The notes under the pieces: generated by a model
What the model was told of the DNA's origin: nothing
The model's input: the letters and a program-made list of their open reading frames with translations, nothing else
Databases searched by the model: none
Part shown: piece by piece, positions 26,235-40,500 of the stretch
How positions within the stretch are numbered: the stretch's first letter is position 1
Layout of the letters: each line of letters starts with the position of its first letter
Origin: Glaucostegus cemiculus
Taxonomy: Eukaryota
Assembly: GCA_976551045.1 (NCBI GenBank)
Contig: CDPCPM010000465.1
Coordinates: 2,480,001 to 2,544,000, forward strand
DNA length: 64,000 nucleotides
Direction: 5' to 3'
Made by a program: the position numbers and the translations under genes

Positions 26235-26696
26235 CCATGAATTTGGGATTGGGTTTTAACCTTTTCATCATATTCCGATCTATTCCCGATTTTTAAAGTT
26301 ATAAAGCAGCAGTCCAGGCGGTTCACCCTCCGCAGATCTGTCTAGCTTGCTCCCCCGCTCTGCGTTCCCCTGCCTCTTTCCGACACTCATGGTACACGGC
26401 TGAATGCCGGTGGCAGTGGGCTTTGAGTTGAAATCATGCAGACGTCGCTGGGCTTTAGTCTGCAAGTCAGGACTTTATTTTCTAATCCTCATGTTGATGA
26501 TCCTAAATCTTAGTGTAAATCGAAGTCCGTCCGTAAACACGGGCTGCTGGCCGAGGAGAAACAGGAGGGCGAAGGTTATCGGTGGAGGGCCAAGACCGTC
26601 ACGTTAAGGGAACCGCTGTGGGACGCAGGAAGCCGCGGCAGACCGCAGCTGCTTGTGTTATCACCAGATATGTTGGAATAAAAGATGCGGACGGAC

Positions 26697-26751
<55 letters not shown>

Positions 26752-26830
26752 ACAGGACAAGGAGGGACAAAGGTCGGATATTGATTGAGGCCGGAAAGTT
26801 AACAAGGAAACGAGTGCAGCCAAACATTGT
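26235..26830 (-). other. Putative first exon of an unidentified transcript (5' limit uncertain)
   Basis: CpG-rich, ends at donor 'atgg|gtaagt' (intron starts at 26234), and contains a (GT)n tract. Confidence 0.4.
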
Positions 26831-27600
26831 AAAGCTGGTGTGAATTAGTGGTGATTTGTTTGCTTAACAGCGGGGCCTACACGGTGGTTAGTTTGGCTTG
26901 GGCAGATGAAAATTGACTGGAAAACGCCTTCGCGTTGAAATAACACATATATTTAAAATCGTGCTGTGTGAGGAACCTGCTGATTGCTTCTCTGCACAGA
27001 TCCGAACATGTCCCTTTGCTTATACTTGGCTCAGCAACTGCACACCTATAACTTTTCAACTGTGAATGTCTCACGCCACCTTAGTCCAAGTTCTATTTTA
27101 TATTCTGCCGTCGTAAGCGACGATTTCCAGTTATTGGACTCAGCATTGTCGAAATATTGCTCTAAATATCGCTTGTTTTGTATCAGGGCAGCTTTTACTT
27201 TTTTCCCCACATTTGCTCCATTGAACCCAATACCCGTTCTGCTTCTGGCAGATAATTTCCGCCTGACCTGCCTCTCCGCCTCCGTTCTATCCCTCTCTTT
27301 TGAAATGGTCGCGTTAAAGTGAAAACAGGGCACGGTTTGAACCCGCAGCCTCCCCAGTGAATCCCCGCGTGTGCAGACATTGCCTCCCGGTCTTGTGGCG
27401 GGTTCCTTTCGCCAATCATCCGTCCCGCCGCTGCGCAGCTCAGCTCCGTTTGTCCCTCGTTTGTGAAGCGCGACGTCGGTTAGAACTTCGCGTTACTACT
27501 ATCCAACAATAACGGGGGCATACCTTCTAATACATTACGTATAACGAAATCGTAAACTGCTTTAAAATACATTTAAGCTGCCGGTGTTAAGCATGCACGG
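26300..27600. promoter_or_regulatory. Orphan CpG-island-like region, candidate promoter
   Basis: Dense CpG compared with 1-25 kb; CCAAT and a GC-box-like 'cccgcc' at about 27412-27430. Confidence 0.55.
26701..26747. repeat. (AC)n microsatellite
   Basis: Direct dinucleotide run. Confidence 0.95.
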
Positions 27601-27899
27601 AAGGAACTGTTACTGAGTTTGCTCACTGTGGTGGGACTCTGAGCAATTTCAGTTTCCTTCAGTAAACTTATCTTTTAAACAGTTCCTTTGAAACAAAAAT
27701 ATTCAAAATAATGTTGATTGAATATTTTGCATTAACGCTAATTCAAGGGCTTATTTTTGTTCATTTTCCCTCAGAGGCTGGGAAAGTATTAGTGTAACAG
27801 ACGTAACTGAGCGGGGCTCTGGTCACAACCATTCCAAGCGTTTGTTTCCGATGGAAGATGTTCTCATGGAATCCTTCAGTGATGTTAGTTCCTGCTTGC

Positions 27900-28168
27900 A
27901 GAGCGTGGAACGGCGCAGAACAGGAACAGGCCCTTCGGCCCACGATGCTGTGCCGAACTGAAGAAGCTAATGACGCCTAATCGCTTCTGTCTACACGTAA
28001 TGCACATCCCTCCATTCTCTGCACATTCATGCCTCTTAAGCGCCTCTATCGTATTTGCCTCCACCACCGCCCCTGGCAGCACATTCCAGGCACCCACCGC
28101 TCTCTGTGTAAAAAACCTGGTCCGCACATCTCCTTTGAACTTTCTCCCTCTCACCTTAAATGCACGCC
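27900..28168 (-). mobile_element. CR1 3' fragment
   Basis: 'RGRKFKGDVRTRFFTQRAVGAWNVLPGAVVEA' is the CR1 C-terminus; homologous to 8333-8620. Confidence 0.85.
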
Positions 28169-28984
28169 CTAAAAAATCTGAGTATGTAATATTAACTGCA
28201 CGATTTCACGCACGGTGAACAGCACAGAGGAATTATTGCGCTCTTGTTATGGAATTAGGTGCTTACAGTATTGTTGACGCTAAACACGATGTCAGGGTTA
28301 AGATCAAATGATTTCATTTCGGCACACGCCGTCATTTGTGGTTCTGTGAACATAAACGTCAGTGCGGTACAGGGAGAGAGCTGCACTGTCGGAGGTGCCA
28401 GTCCCCTGCCCCCTCCCAGTGCGATATACCCCGTTGTTGTATTATAGGGAAGACCAGGGGAGCTTTCCCTGCGGTACAATTCCCGGCACCATTCAAACCT
28501 TGCGCGGGCTGAAATGATAATCACATTGCTGCTCTCTATTCACAGATGAACTACCATTACCCCGCAGATTGTACTTTCAGGCATTTGGGGAACTTGGGGA
28601 AAGGGGTCATTGAGTGAGCGATCAAATTTAATAGACGTGGTAGGGTACTGATCTGCCCCCAAGTTGCAGAGAGATAGGAAACGAGAGAATGAACGGATGG
28701 GAAGGTACAAAGAAACCTAGAACAGCGTTACATGTACTCGAACAGCAGTCTCGGTTAATTGATAGCAGCTTCTAGAATACTTATAGACCTCTTTTTGTTA
28801 GAAAAGGGTTGGTTCCATGGCCCCCGCCCTCTCCTCAAGATCTCGCTGCATGACATTCAAGCACTAGTTCTCAGCACAGTGCAGCGCAAGAAACTCTCGG
28901 CAGTGACTGTCGGTCGCCACTGCAAACAAGCCCGGTAGCACCTCGCCTTGTTTACACCATCGATTTGCAGAGCCTCTGATTAGT

Positions 28985-29102
28985 TATCTTGATAATTCCT
29001 CTCCCCCGCCCCCCACCCCCCACAGATGCTGCTCGACCTGATGAGTTCCTCCAGCACACTGTTAGTTGCTCCGGATTCCAGCACCTGCAGTCTCCAGTGT
29101 CT
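28985..29102 (+). mobile_element. PLE terminal-repeat fragment
   Basis: 'cagatgctgctcgacctgatgagttcctccagcacactgttagttgctccggattccagca'. Confidence 0.7.
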
Positions 29103-29584
29103 CCCAGCTCTCTTTTCTGTTGGCCTAATTGGAATTAACAAATTTAGGGATAGAAACCAGACGGTTAGCTTCCATGTGCGTTCCTTGGCAACAGATCCAG
29201 CAGAAACCCAAAGATATTGCAAAAACAAAACGACACTAGAATGGATGATTCCAGAACAAGTTTCAAAACTTTTTAGTCATAGAGTGCAGGCTAATCCAAA
29301 TTGGCTCATTTTCATTACTTTGACCTTTTACAAGCTTCATGTCACTGTGGTGAGTTCCATTTCCATTCGACCGTAAACTTTTGAATAAATCTGACACCAA
29401 AGTTAATTAAGAGGCTGTTAGTCTGACTCTGTGCAATGTAACTCCTAAACTGCAGTACGCCTATCACAGCAAAAATTACCTGGAGCATCATTTCAACCTC
29501 CTGCAGCTTTAGGAAAAAAATCAGTTTACTTATGTATTTGGAGAGTGTTTTGTTTTGCTAAAAGTTCTCTCAAAACAGTTAAAC

Positions 29585-30285
29585 AGTAAAACAGAGTACA
29601 AGAACAAATATGTTACTGCTAAACCTTTACAAATCACTGGTTAGGCCTAAGCTGGAATATCGTATCCTCTTCTGGACTCCCTGCTTTAGGAACTGTGCAG
29701 AGTGGATACAGAGATCTGCTCCAGTGGTACGGAGATAGCCTCTTCATTGTGGAGGTTTGAGCTGGTAATGATGGAGTTCACAAAGACACAAGAAAATGGG
29801 AACTTCTGGTCCCTCCCACCTGCATCACCATTCAATACCTTCATAGCTGGTCTGTCCCAGGCCTCTTCTGTGCCAATTCCCCATGGCCTTCTATTCCCTC
29901 ATCTTTCAAAAATATATCTACCTCCTCTTTCAATGCCTCCAATGATCTAACCTCCACAATTCTCCATGATAGAGATTCCTAATAAGTAGCTAAAGAGAAA
30001 CTGTTCTCTCCACAAAGAGTGGCCACAGCCAGAGTATAAGGTTTTAAAATTAGCAAGGGACCCATAGGTAACATGGGGAAGCATTTTTTCCACCCTAACC
30101 TATGCAGTGTGTACCTGAAATGTGGAAGCAGATTCAGTTGCAACTTTACAAAGGGAATTAGATAAATACTTGAAAAGGAAAATAAAATGCAGAGCTAAGT
30201 GAAAAGGGTTGAAGAGTGGATCTAACTGGGATGGCTCCTTCAAGGAGTATTGCAGGTACAATGGATGGAACTCCTTCTATGTGAG
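29585..30285 (+). mobile_element. Decayed CR1 ORF2/3' fragment with an inverted CR1 piece inside (about 29785-29980)
   Basis: 'ctttacaaatcactggttaggcctaagctggaatatcg' (LYKSLVRPKLEY) followed by 3' UTR-like sequence. Confidence 0.6.
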
Positions 30286-30684
30286 CAGAAAGACTGAACA
30301 AGTTTCTATCCTGGGATCCATGAACAAAGCCAGTGCTTTATGTTGGTTATTCAAGTCCCCTTGATACTGGGCAGTCTAACTGGTGGACTTGTGGTGGCTC
30401 CAGGGTCTTGAATAGACTGGCTTGTGGTCGGTAGCTTTGGTGGAAGTGTTGTACTGTCACTTTGATCTACACCTTATTACAAGTCATGCAAATACCAACT
30501 ATAGAAAAATATGCTAATTTGATGTCCTTAGCCATGCAGAAGGGGCAGGAAATGTCTGTCTGCATCAAGACATACTGTAGATGTATATCCTTATCCAGAA
30601 CTCCTTCTGTAGTCCACAGAAGCACTTTCAAACTTATGTTAGAAGCTTGCCATCAACTCACAGTCTTGCCTCTCCAGCACTATA

Positions 30685-30985
30685 TAGAATCAGTCATAGC
30701 GTTGTTCAGCATAGAAACAGGCCCCTCAGCCCACCGCATCTATGCTGACCATCATGTCTATCTATAATAATTCCACTTACCTGCATTAATTCCATATCCC
30801 TCCACGCCTTGTTCATTCAAGTACCTACCCAGGTGCCCCTTAAATGCTTACCGTTTGTAACTCCATCACCTCCTCTGGCAGCTCGTTCACTACTCGTGGT
30901 GTGAAATTGTTATCCCTCAGATCCCCTTGAAACCTTCACTGTCTCACCTTAAACTCATGCCCTCCAGCTTTAGGCACCCGTATCT
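30685..30985 (-). mobile_element. CR1 3' fragment
   Basis: 'cagcatagaaacaggccc...cctctggcagctcgttcac...ctcaccttaaac'. Confidence 0.75.
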
Positions 30986-31149
30986 ACAAACTACCTTGTC
31001 CTCAAATAAGGTGTCCAACCACGTCCTTAATACAATGTTTTATTTTTTATAAAGGCAAACTGGTGTGCATAGCTGCCATACAAACAGAACGTGCAGGAAA
31101 TATTCAGCAGGAAGTATCTGGCGAATCAGGACACAATAGTTCGGGTCGG

Positions 31150-31940
31150 TAACAGAAACAGAAAATGCTGGAAATGCTCAGCAAGACAGGCAGCATCTGT
31201 GGAGAGAGAAGCAGTTAATGTTTCAAGAGAAAGATCTTTCATCAGAACTGAGAAAGTGAGAAAGCAAGTTGGTACTTCACCCCCAGGAATGGTAACCTTG
31301 AAGAAGTTCCCTGCTCTCCGGCGGGATTGCCGCATGCCCCCTTTATCCGGTACTTTTCTTTTAGATCCGTGATGCCTGCTCGAAATTGGACGAAAGGTCG
31401 CACACCTGAAGTGTTAACTCGGCTTCGTTCGCTGCAGATGCTGCTGGAGCATTTGAAACATTTCTTTTGTTTATGTTCCATGTTACTGACCAGGTTCACA
31501 CCCATCTAATGTTGTTCCCACAATGCACATCTGCACTAAATAGCAATACTGGCGCGGTATAATGTCACTGTAAGCGTGACTAATTCATATCATTTCCTCA
31601 TCTAGAAGTGATTTCTGTCGGTTGCTACTTCGAGTCAGTAACATAGCGGGTTATTCTGGCTGAAAATGAAAGCAAAAGCAACTGCAGATGCTGAAATTCA
31701 GAAATAAAAACAGAACATGCTTGAAACATTCAGCAGGTCAGGCAGCAAGCGTGGAGAAAGAAACAGCTGGCATTTCTGGTTGGTGCTCCGGAAGAGAATG
31801 GCAGTGAATTGAACAGAAATTGAAAGCTTTTTTAAAAAAATACTACAGATGCTGGAAATCTGAAAGAAAAACTAAGGAAGACCAATCGTTAACTCTGTTT
31901 CTCTCTGCACAGACCTGCTAGGTATTCCAAGCATTTTTAG
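31150..31940. mobile_element. Two clusters of inverted PLE terminal-repeat fragments (about 31150-31475 and 31680-31940)
   Basis: Antisense arms 'cagaaaatgctggaaatgctcagcaagacaggcagcatctgtggagagagaa' face sense arms 'gttaactc...cagatgctgct/gacctgct'. Confidence 0.65.
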
Positions 31941-33957
31941 CTCTGACTTCACGCTGGTTAAAGTGAGGCTTTCCTTTCGGACAAAGTCGAAGTTGAAGGA
32001 ACTTGGGAGGTTACACTTATTTTTTAAGAACTGGTTTCACAGTGAAGAAAAACCAATGAGCGGAGTTTTCTGTGTTTTTATTTCATTTGCTCTGTTTCCC
32101 CTCGCCCCGTCTACAAGCGTAGATGGACAGTATAACTGCGGTCTCTTTCTCTCACCCGTTCACAGGAACAGTACCGACATCACACAGACACCGGGACATT
32201 GGGTTTATCTACGGTGTGACCATTAGATGCAACATCCAACGTCCAATCAAAGCGAGATGCTTTCGGTAACTAAATAAGGATGCTGATGTCATATTCAATT
32301 AGTTTTTTTCTCACTGAAACAACAATTTTTTGCTCGTCATCAAAACATTAAAGCATTAGAAAAAAACTACAACCTCGAGGAGATTATCTAGTCTCAGTAA
32401 AGAACCCACTGACATGCCATAGATAGGAACATAACCGGATGCGGACTGGTTAACCAAAAGCACACTTCATACTTAGAAAATGAACGCAAAGAATCAAACG
32501 GTGGGGTTCAGATAAGGAGCGTGAACAGAGAAAGCAGTTTCCAGCGGATAACACACAAACCTTAAGGCTGACATTCAGTTACAGAACCGAGGGGCTGCTG
32601 CATCTTTGGGGGGTGGGTGTCGTCCTTCAGTGGATATCTTGGGACATCATTCAGATAAAGATGTAAGTTGTTTCGTCGCTTTACCGGGAACATACCAACC
32701 CCTCATTCCTATCAGTGGATTTCGATGAGCAGACAGCGCTTTCTCATTCTCACATCGCGTTTCAGCCGTAATTAATTGGACGGGAAGTATTTGTGGACTT
32801 TCTGTGGTACGACACCACTATAAAAATACAGTTCTCTTTTTTCACGCAAGCCCTGCATTTTTAAATTGTAATGAATTTCCGTTATCCTTCAGAAGGCCGT
32901 CCTGTTTTTATATAACGCTCCACCCAGTGTGTTTGGCCCAGTTAGATCTCAGCAGCAGGTGAGAATTAAATGAATGATCGTGAAAGCATCAAAACAAAAT
33001 CATTGGTTTACTGGGGGAAATTATATTTGATCTGTGATAGTTCAAATGACAAAATGGGTGTGAATTTTAAAACAACCAGGATGGATAATGCATTATTTCA
33101 ACCAAATATTGAAAATTCATATTTTACGTTGCTTATCTAAATGATCATAAACGTTTTCAGTAAATTCTGGTTTGTCAAAGTCAGCACGTATTTGCTCCCA
33201 TGTTTGAACAGTCAGGTTAAGTATCAGTTTTTGTTTTGTAGCTTCTCTTAAAGGTTCCTCAGTTCAATGACTCTGCAAAATGTTGCTGCAAGTAAATTAA
33301 TGCTCTGCACTTTCTCCTTGCGGGTAGGACCTCCGCTCTTTAAACAAGATATCTCATGTAATTTTCGGCGCTGACTCTAAGTGTGTTGCAGGGAGAGAGA
33401 ATTTGCTGCGAATTACTGTCCTGCCTTCTACAGGGACTTAGGAATAGCTGCAGAAAACGCTGCAAAATTTACCACTGCTTCAAGCTGGGGTGTTTGCTCC
33501 AGATTCCAACACACAAAATACTTCTTTTGCTCTTCAATGCGAACAACAAGGCGAGAGATTCGGAAAGATAAATCTTCGCTCATGCTCAATGTAAGGTGTA
33601 AATAACGAAAAATAACTTCGGATCAGATCATTGTAAAAATCAACTAATTTTCAAACCGAAGCATAAATGAAATTTAAGTAAACGCTTTTACACAGTGTTG
33701 CAATTGCTCATTTTGTGATTAATGAACTGGTGATCTCTGTGGCAACCTGGTAAATGGGGCGGTTATATAAGAGGCGGCTTTTACTATTTGGCTCCCCGGG
33801 GCTTCCTGTTCTTCTTATTGTTAATGAGTAAAATTTAAAATTAAAAGGACATTTTCAGAACCATATTTGCATTCTTATTAAAACTCTGATGCTCGCAACA
33901 TAGACGTCTTATGGGATTCCAACAATAAAATAGCGTACACACACATTGTAGAATCTG

Positions 33958-33963
33958 TTTATT
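33958..33963 (-). terminator. Probable pitx3 polyadenylation signal (AATAAA)
   Basis: Plus-strand tttatt about 800 nt past the stop codon, followed on the minus strand by GT-rich and T-rich downstream sequence. Confidence 0.6.
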
Positions 33964-34759
33964 AAGCATTAGACAGAGTGCAAATCAAGCTGTCTTTTCT
34001 GTAAACTTTGGGCTTTTGGAGAAAGTTGCGCACAGTAGATTAGAATGAGAAACACTATAGCTGCCAGCTTCAAGCGACAAGTCAAACCGTTACAAATATG
34101 AAAATCCGGCAAATTTAAAGAAACCACAGAAAATGAGTATACCAGCCTACAGCGAATCTAAGATCACGAGTGGCGATGTATTGAAGGGGATGCGGTCTAA
34201 TAGTTACCAACTGATGAGCTAAATGTAAAAAAAATGAAAGGTTTGGGTTTATAAAGGGAAATGACTCCGTCTGATGGATCACGAGATGCAGGGATCTAGT
34301 GGAGCTGTGCAAGGATATACAGCAGTGAATAATTCACCGCAGGTCAGTCTGCACGTTCCTAATCTAACCAAGGCGCGCCAAATGCTCATAGGTATGTTGT
34401 TAGAGAACATGCGTTCTTTTTACATGTTAAAACACTATACAGATAATTAATTCACATACAAAAGGAAAACAGGAAAAAGTTCATTATATACATTATATCC
34501 CGCGTTACAACCTACAAGCCGGGGTTGTAATGTCATGCATATTTTGGATTGTATATTAACTTGATTAGCAAATAGTTGTTTGCAACAGTTACGTGTATAA
34601 CACTCTTTCGTGAAAGCTTTCTAAACCGGTCCAAATGAAAGGGAATTTTGTCTTCTCGTGTGAGCAGGTACGGTTTTAGCCAGCTCTGTCAGGGGGCCGG
34701 TAGCGTACATTGATGGTGATATTTAGGATTAACCGATTTTATTTAAAAAGATATAAGGC

Positions 34760-35617
<858 letters not shown>

Positions 35618-37060
35618 TCAAAAGCCAATCACTCAGATCTCACGCTTCATCAATCCCCACATTAAATATTGGTGATAAATAGCCAATGTTTTATTACATA
35701 TGAACAGAAAAGGTGTCTATTTCACAAGAAAGCCGAATCTGAAAAATAAATCAGTGTATAATTCATACATTACTGGAGCCCGTCATGAAAGGGCTATCCA
35801 ATTAGTCCCACGTTTTTCTTCTTCCTGTATATCCTAGTATGGTATTTTTTAGCCCATTCCCTTTGAAAGTTACAATTGAATCTGTTTTTCACGGCGGGTG
35901 CTCTCCGACCACAGTTCGCTGCCTAAAACGAAGCAGTTCTTTTGGTCTCCCATCTGTCTCTAATTCAGCTCAAATCTGGCTTGCAGCTTGGTTGTCAAAA
36001 TAAAATGGTGATGGAATGCTGCAATCCGAATAATTCTGACCCATGTAACTACTTGCATGGGATTAATGCGAGTTTTTCCTGCAATTTATCAATTCTGAAT
36101 AATTCTTGGATATTCAGACTCATAAATCACCGCCATGATAAGACACAGGGCCGGTACACTGAAAAACAAACATAATTGTGTTCCCTCATTTAAAGTACGT
36201 GGCTAGTAACCTGTCCCGTGTTGGTCATTTATAGCAAATATAAACGATTGCTACAATCCACGGCTATTGGACTGAAATGTTCCAGAAATAGGAATGCCTT
36301 GGAGATCCTACAAGATAATCTGGGTGGAGCATGCAACGTGGCATTTCTTACATCCTTCTAATTGGATTGCCGATAGGTGACATGCTTGGATTTGGATTTA
36401 TAAATAGTAAATATATGTATAATCAAATGTATTGTATACCAATCGCTGGAATTACCCATAGTTCAAAGAGTTCGAAAGTGTCACCTTTGATGTATTTCTG
36501 GACCACAAAGTGTGGGGCAGTTTACATATTCAGGATACAGGCTGATACAGCAATTAATAATGAGCTTTGATTAGAATTGTGCTTCTCAGTATTGTACGTG
36601 GTGACGAAAAGAAGCGGGAATTGATGATATGGTGTTTTGGACAATTTTGGATCAGCTGTCCATGTGGGATTAGCTATGTTTTTTTTTTGGAATCAGTTAT
36701 GTCCACTAACGAGCATAGTTTTGGGATCCAGTGTGTGATTGGGATGGGTTATGTTGATTGGATCAGATACGTCTTCGGATCAGTTATATTTTTCGGACAG
36801 AGAACATCTTCGAGGTCAGGTGTTATACCTGGGAACACCGTTTTTGTTATTTCTCTATCTGATACATGAGTTCTTCATTCTAGCTTTAAAGGAACAACGA
36901 TTCCAATTTGCGCTATTACAATAAATGGAATGGAATTTATTTTTCATTTTAAGTCTGAAATTAGATTTTCACTCAAGACAACCTTACTGTCAATAAAAAG
37001 TTAGAAATCTGAACCAGAAAGGAAAATGTTGCACATTTTCAGCAAGGACAAATTGAGTTA

Positions 37061-37408
<348 letters not shown>

Positions 37409-37539
37409 NNNNNNNNNNNNNNNNNNNNNNNNNNNNNNNNNNNNNNNNNNNNNNNNNNNNNNNNNNNNNNNNNNNNNNNNNNNNNNNNNNNNNNNNNNNN
37501 NNNNNNNNNNNNNNNNNNNNNNNNNNNNNNNNNNNNNNN
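37409..37539. other. Assembly gap (131 N) in a pitx3 intron
   Basis: Run of n. Confidence 1.
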
Positions 37540-40500
37540 ACGTATAGCAGCAACATTCTGTTACCCTTCCGTAGTTCTGACCGACGGGACTGCGGTTCGA
37601 TTTGTTCTTTACCTGTTTAATGGGCGCATAATTTTATTTTAAAGCTACATTCAAGTTTCTCTGAAAGTTTAGCAAAGCTTGAAAATTGATCTGGAATGTG
37701 TCTGGCCGTGTTAAAGTTGCCGAATAGAACCTACGAGTTCAAGCGATGCGGATTGTAGGGACGCCAGAACTGTGGCTAGAAACCAAAATTCGTTTTCTCT
37801 TTCTCTAAATATTGGCTCCAAGTTGCCGCCGCGTTAAACTGCTTTGGTCTTCCGATGCATTCTGACCAGATTACAGGTGTGTACTTTTAAAGACCATATT
37901 TATTTTACTTTGCCTTGACGTCATTTGGAATACCGAGTTAAAGTAGATTAACGAAAGTTAAAACGTTAATTACCTTTCACCTTCAACCCCCATCACCCCT
38001 CCTCCCACTGCAGAACAGTTCATCACAGAGACATGGCGAGAGGCAAATACGGCCTTGCTTTATAAACAATCTCTCTGAAGCGAACATTCCTCAGCAGACT
38101 GGGAAAATGATTTTTTTTTAAATCCAGGAGTCGATGTTGTTCCTACCTGGCCATTGACTGCTCGGGGTGCCAGCTGGATCTCTCAGATGATCGGCGTATT
38201 GTCCTTTCGGGACCCGGAGCATGTGGACATTAGATAACATTGCAAAGCTGAACACGAAGCAAATAAATCTCAAATCTAGTTTTATCTCCCACCAAAACAG
38301 TCGGGGGCCAATTTGTCTTAAAACGCGCCTTGTGATGTATAGTTTCCCAAGCCAATAAGCCTCTCCCAATCCCTGGACCCCACAGAGAGCATCAATTTAG
38401 TTGCAAGTAAATCCCCAGATCAGACAAACTGACAAGGCCAGGTATGAGGACCCCCTGGTTGTCACCTTGCCTTTAACTCTTGTTTGTTAAAGGCTTAGCT
38501 TCTGGGCGGTTATAAATGGGCAATAGATGAACCTTCGGACCCCTCCTTATTTAGAGGGCAGTAACGTCTAGGCGGATCCGCTGGTGATGCAAGATGTAAG
38601 CTGACACACGGGAGGCCGGTCACAAGCTCTGAGCATCCTCAAAGTGCAAAAAAAACCATCCACGTCAGACAAAAGGGTAGACAGTTTAGAATAACCAGAG
38701 CACTGGGGCTTTTTTTCCGAATCTGGGATGGATTAGCTGCAGATTGAAACAGAATATAGCCAACTTTGACGGAATTTTAAGAAGCATTTGTAAGTGCAGT
38801 TTTCGAGGGCACATTTAAGTCTGACAAGGCACATACAAGTCTTACAAAACCTTTATAGTTTAGATTCTCCTGTGCAATGAACAACTCCCGCTTCTTTATA
38901 ATTTGTTGAATTATCGGAGGAAATTCAGTATTTCATTTGACATAACATTATTAGATCTAACACCCCTGAAATTATAAGGTTTGATCTTATTTCTTCAATT
39001 ACTCATTCACACGAGTTCATCAAACTCGACTTGATATTATCAACTGGAATTAGTAGCCCTGAGTGAGCGAGCAATGATATTACTTCATATTAAGCGATTG
39101 TAAATTCATAAAGGTCCCTCTCATCCCGAGCCAAAGACAGTCGACAAGCAATATTAATGGGGTCCTTGTGGTTTATAATTCCAAAAGTCAAAGTATAAAA
39201 TATTACAGAATTAAAAGCTTCCTGTGGAGAAAAGTGTGTTAAGAGTTTACTGTGGAAATGGGGGAGGAGCAGTTAATGCCTTTCTATTTTGAGCCGCTTT
39301 TCTACACGTTTCGTTCCTGCGGTTAAAAGGAACTCACTATACGCAAACACTACATAAATATACGCCTACTTTGGAAATAAATGTTATTATCCATCACCTC
39401 AGGTATATTAAAGTAGATTTGGTAATATAATCGGGAAAAATTAATTGATACAAGTCGGGAATACAGAAAGAAAATTAACATCGGAAACTTATGCTCGCTG
39501 CGTTCACACTTTGGACTGGTGCCGATTGCTGAACCGTTCCGTGTCCTGGTTGAAGACTGGGGAATGGAATAGAAAAATGAACTTTTGTCTCCGGTGGAGA
39601 ATGTAAATAATGACTAATTACAGGCCACTTTCCACGGAGGTTATGTTCGCTGCCGATCAGTTGAGCCTGTTCTAGTTAAAATTTAACCCCTGTTGGGCAA
39701 GTGGATTTTATGACATCAGAAGTCACAAAAGGTATCAGCAAAAGGTGCGAAATCTCCCAGGGTGTATTAACTTCCTAATAATTTATGGTGAAAGTCCTTT
39801 CAGTGCCACGTGAAACATTTACAAGTTGAAATGACTGCGATTTCTATAGTTATACTTCTGACGTGTTTTTCAGATACATGGATTTCAGCAACAACAGCAT
39901 GTCACCCTAATCGATTTAATGCCCTTCGCTTTGATCTTTTCAATTAAAATGCAGTGATTTCAAAGTTCGCTTATTTTCCTTCGGAAAAAAATATTCAAAC
40001 CACTTGTTGAACTATCCGAATATCTCGCAGTAGCGGAGAATAATATTCATTAGTTAATATTCATGGTGTATAATTACAATATTTGGGTGTGTGTATGACT
40101 GAGGGAAAGAAAAGCTTTTCAATATTTCTAAATGACATTTTCCCTGGATTGTGATTATTTACATACGTCGATACAAAATCTTCTAGTTCAATATTTGCTA
40201 CTAGTTCGGTGAGTGTACACTCACTTTCGGGACCGGTTCTGAGTATTTCTCATGAACTGAAGGTAGTTTCAACTCTATCACATTCCAATCTCTCGGTGGA
40301 TGTATACGAGCTATTAAACCACATGAAAGCGCGACATGGAGAACTAAAGTATACATGGAGCCAGTAATAAAGTGAGTTGATTCTGTGCAATCAAATAATC
40401 ACCGCTTTAGATTGTTTCTGCCTTTGCTGTTAGTGATAGGTTTTGCACCTTGGTCTGCGCATCAACGCGTGAATATTACTTCTACCGTCTAATGTTGTTT

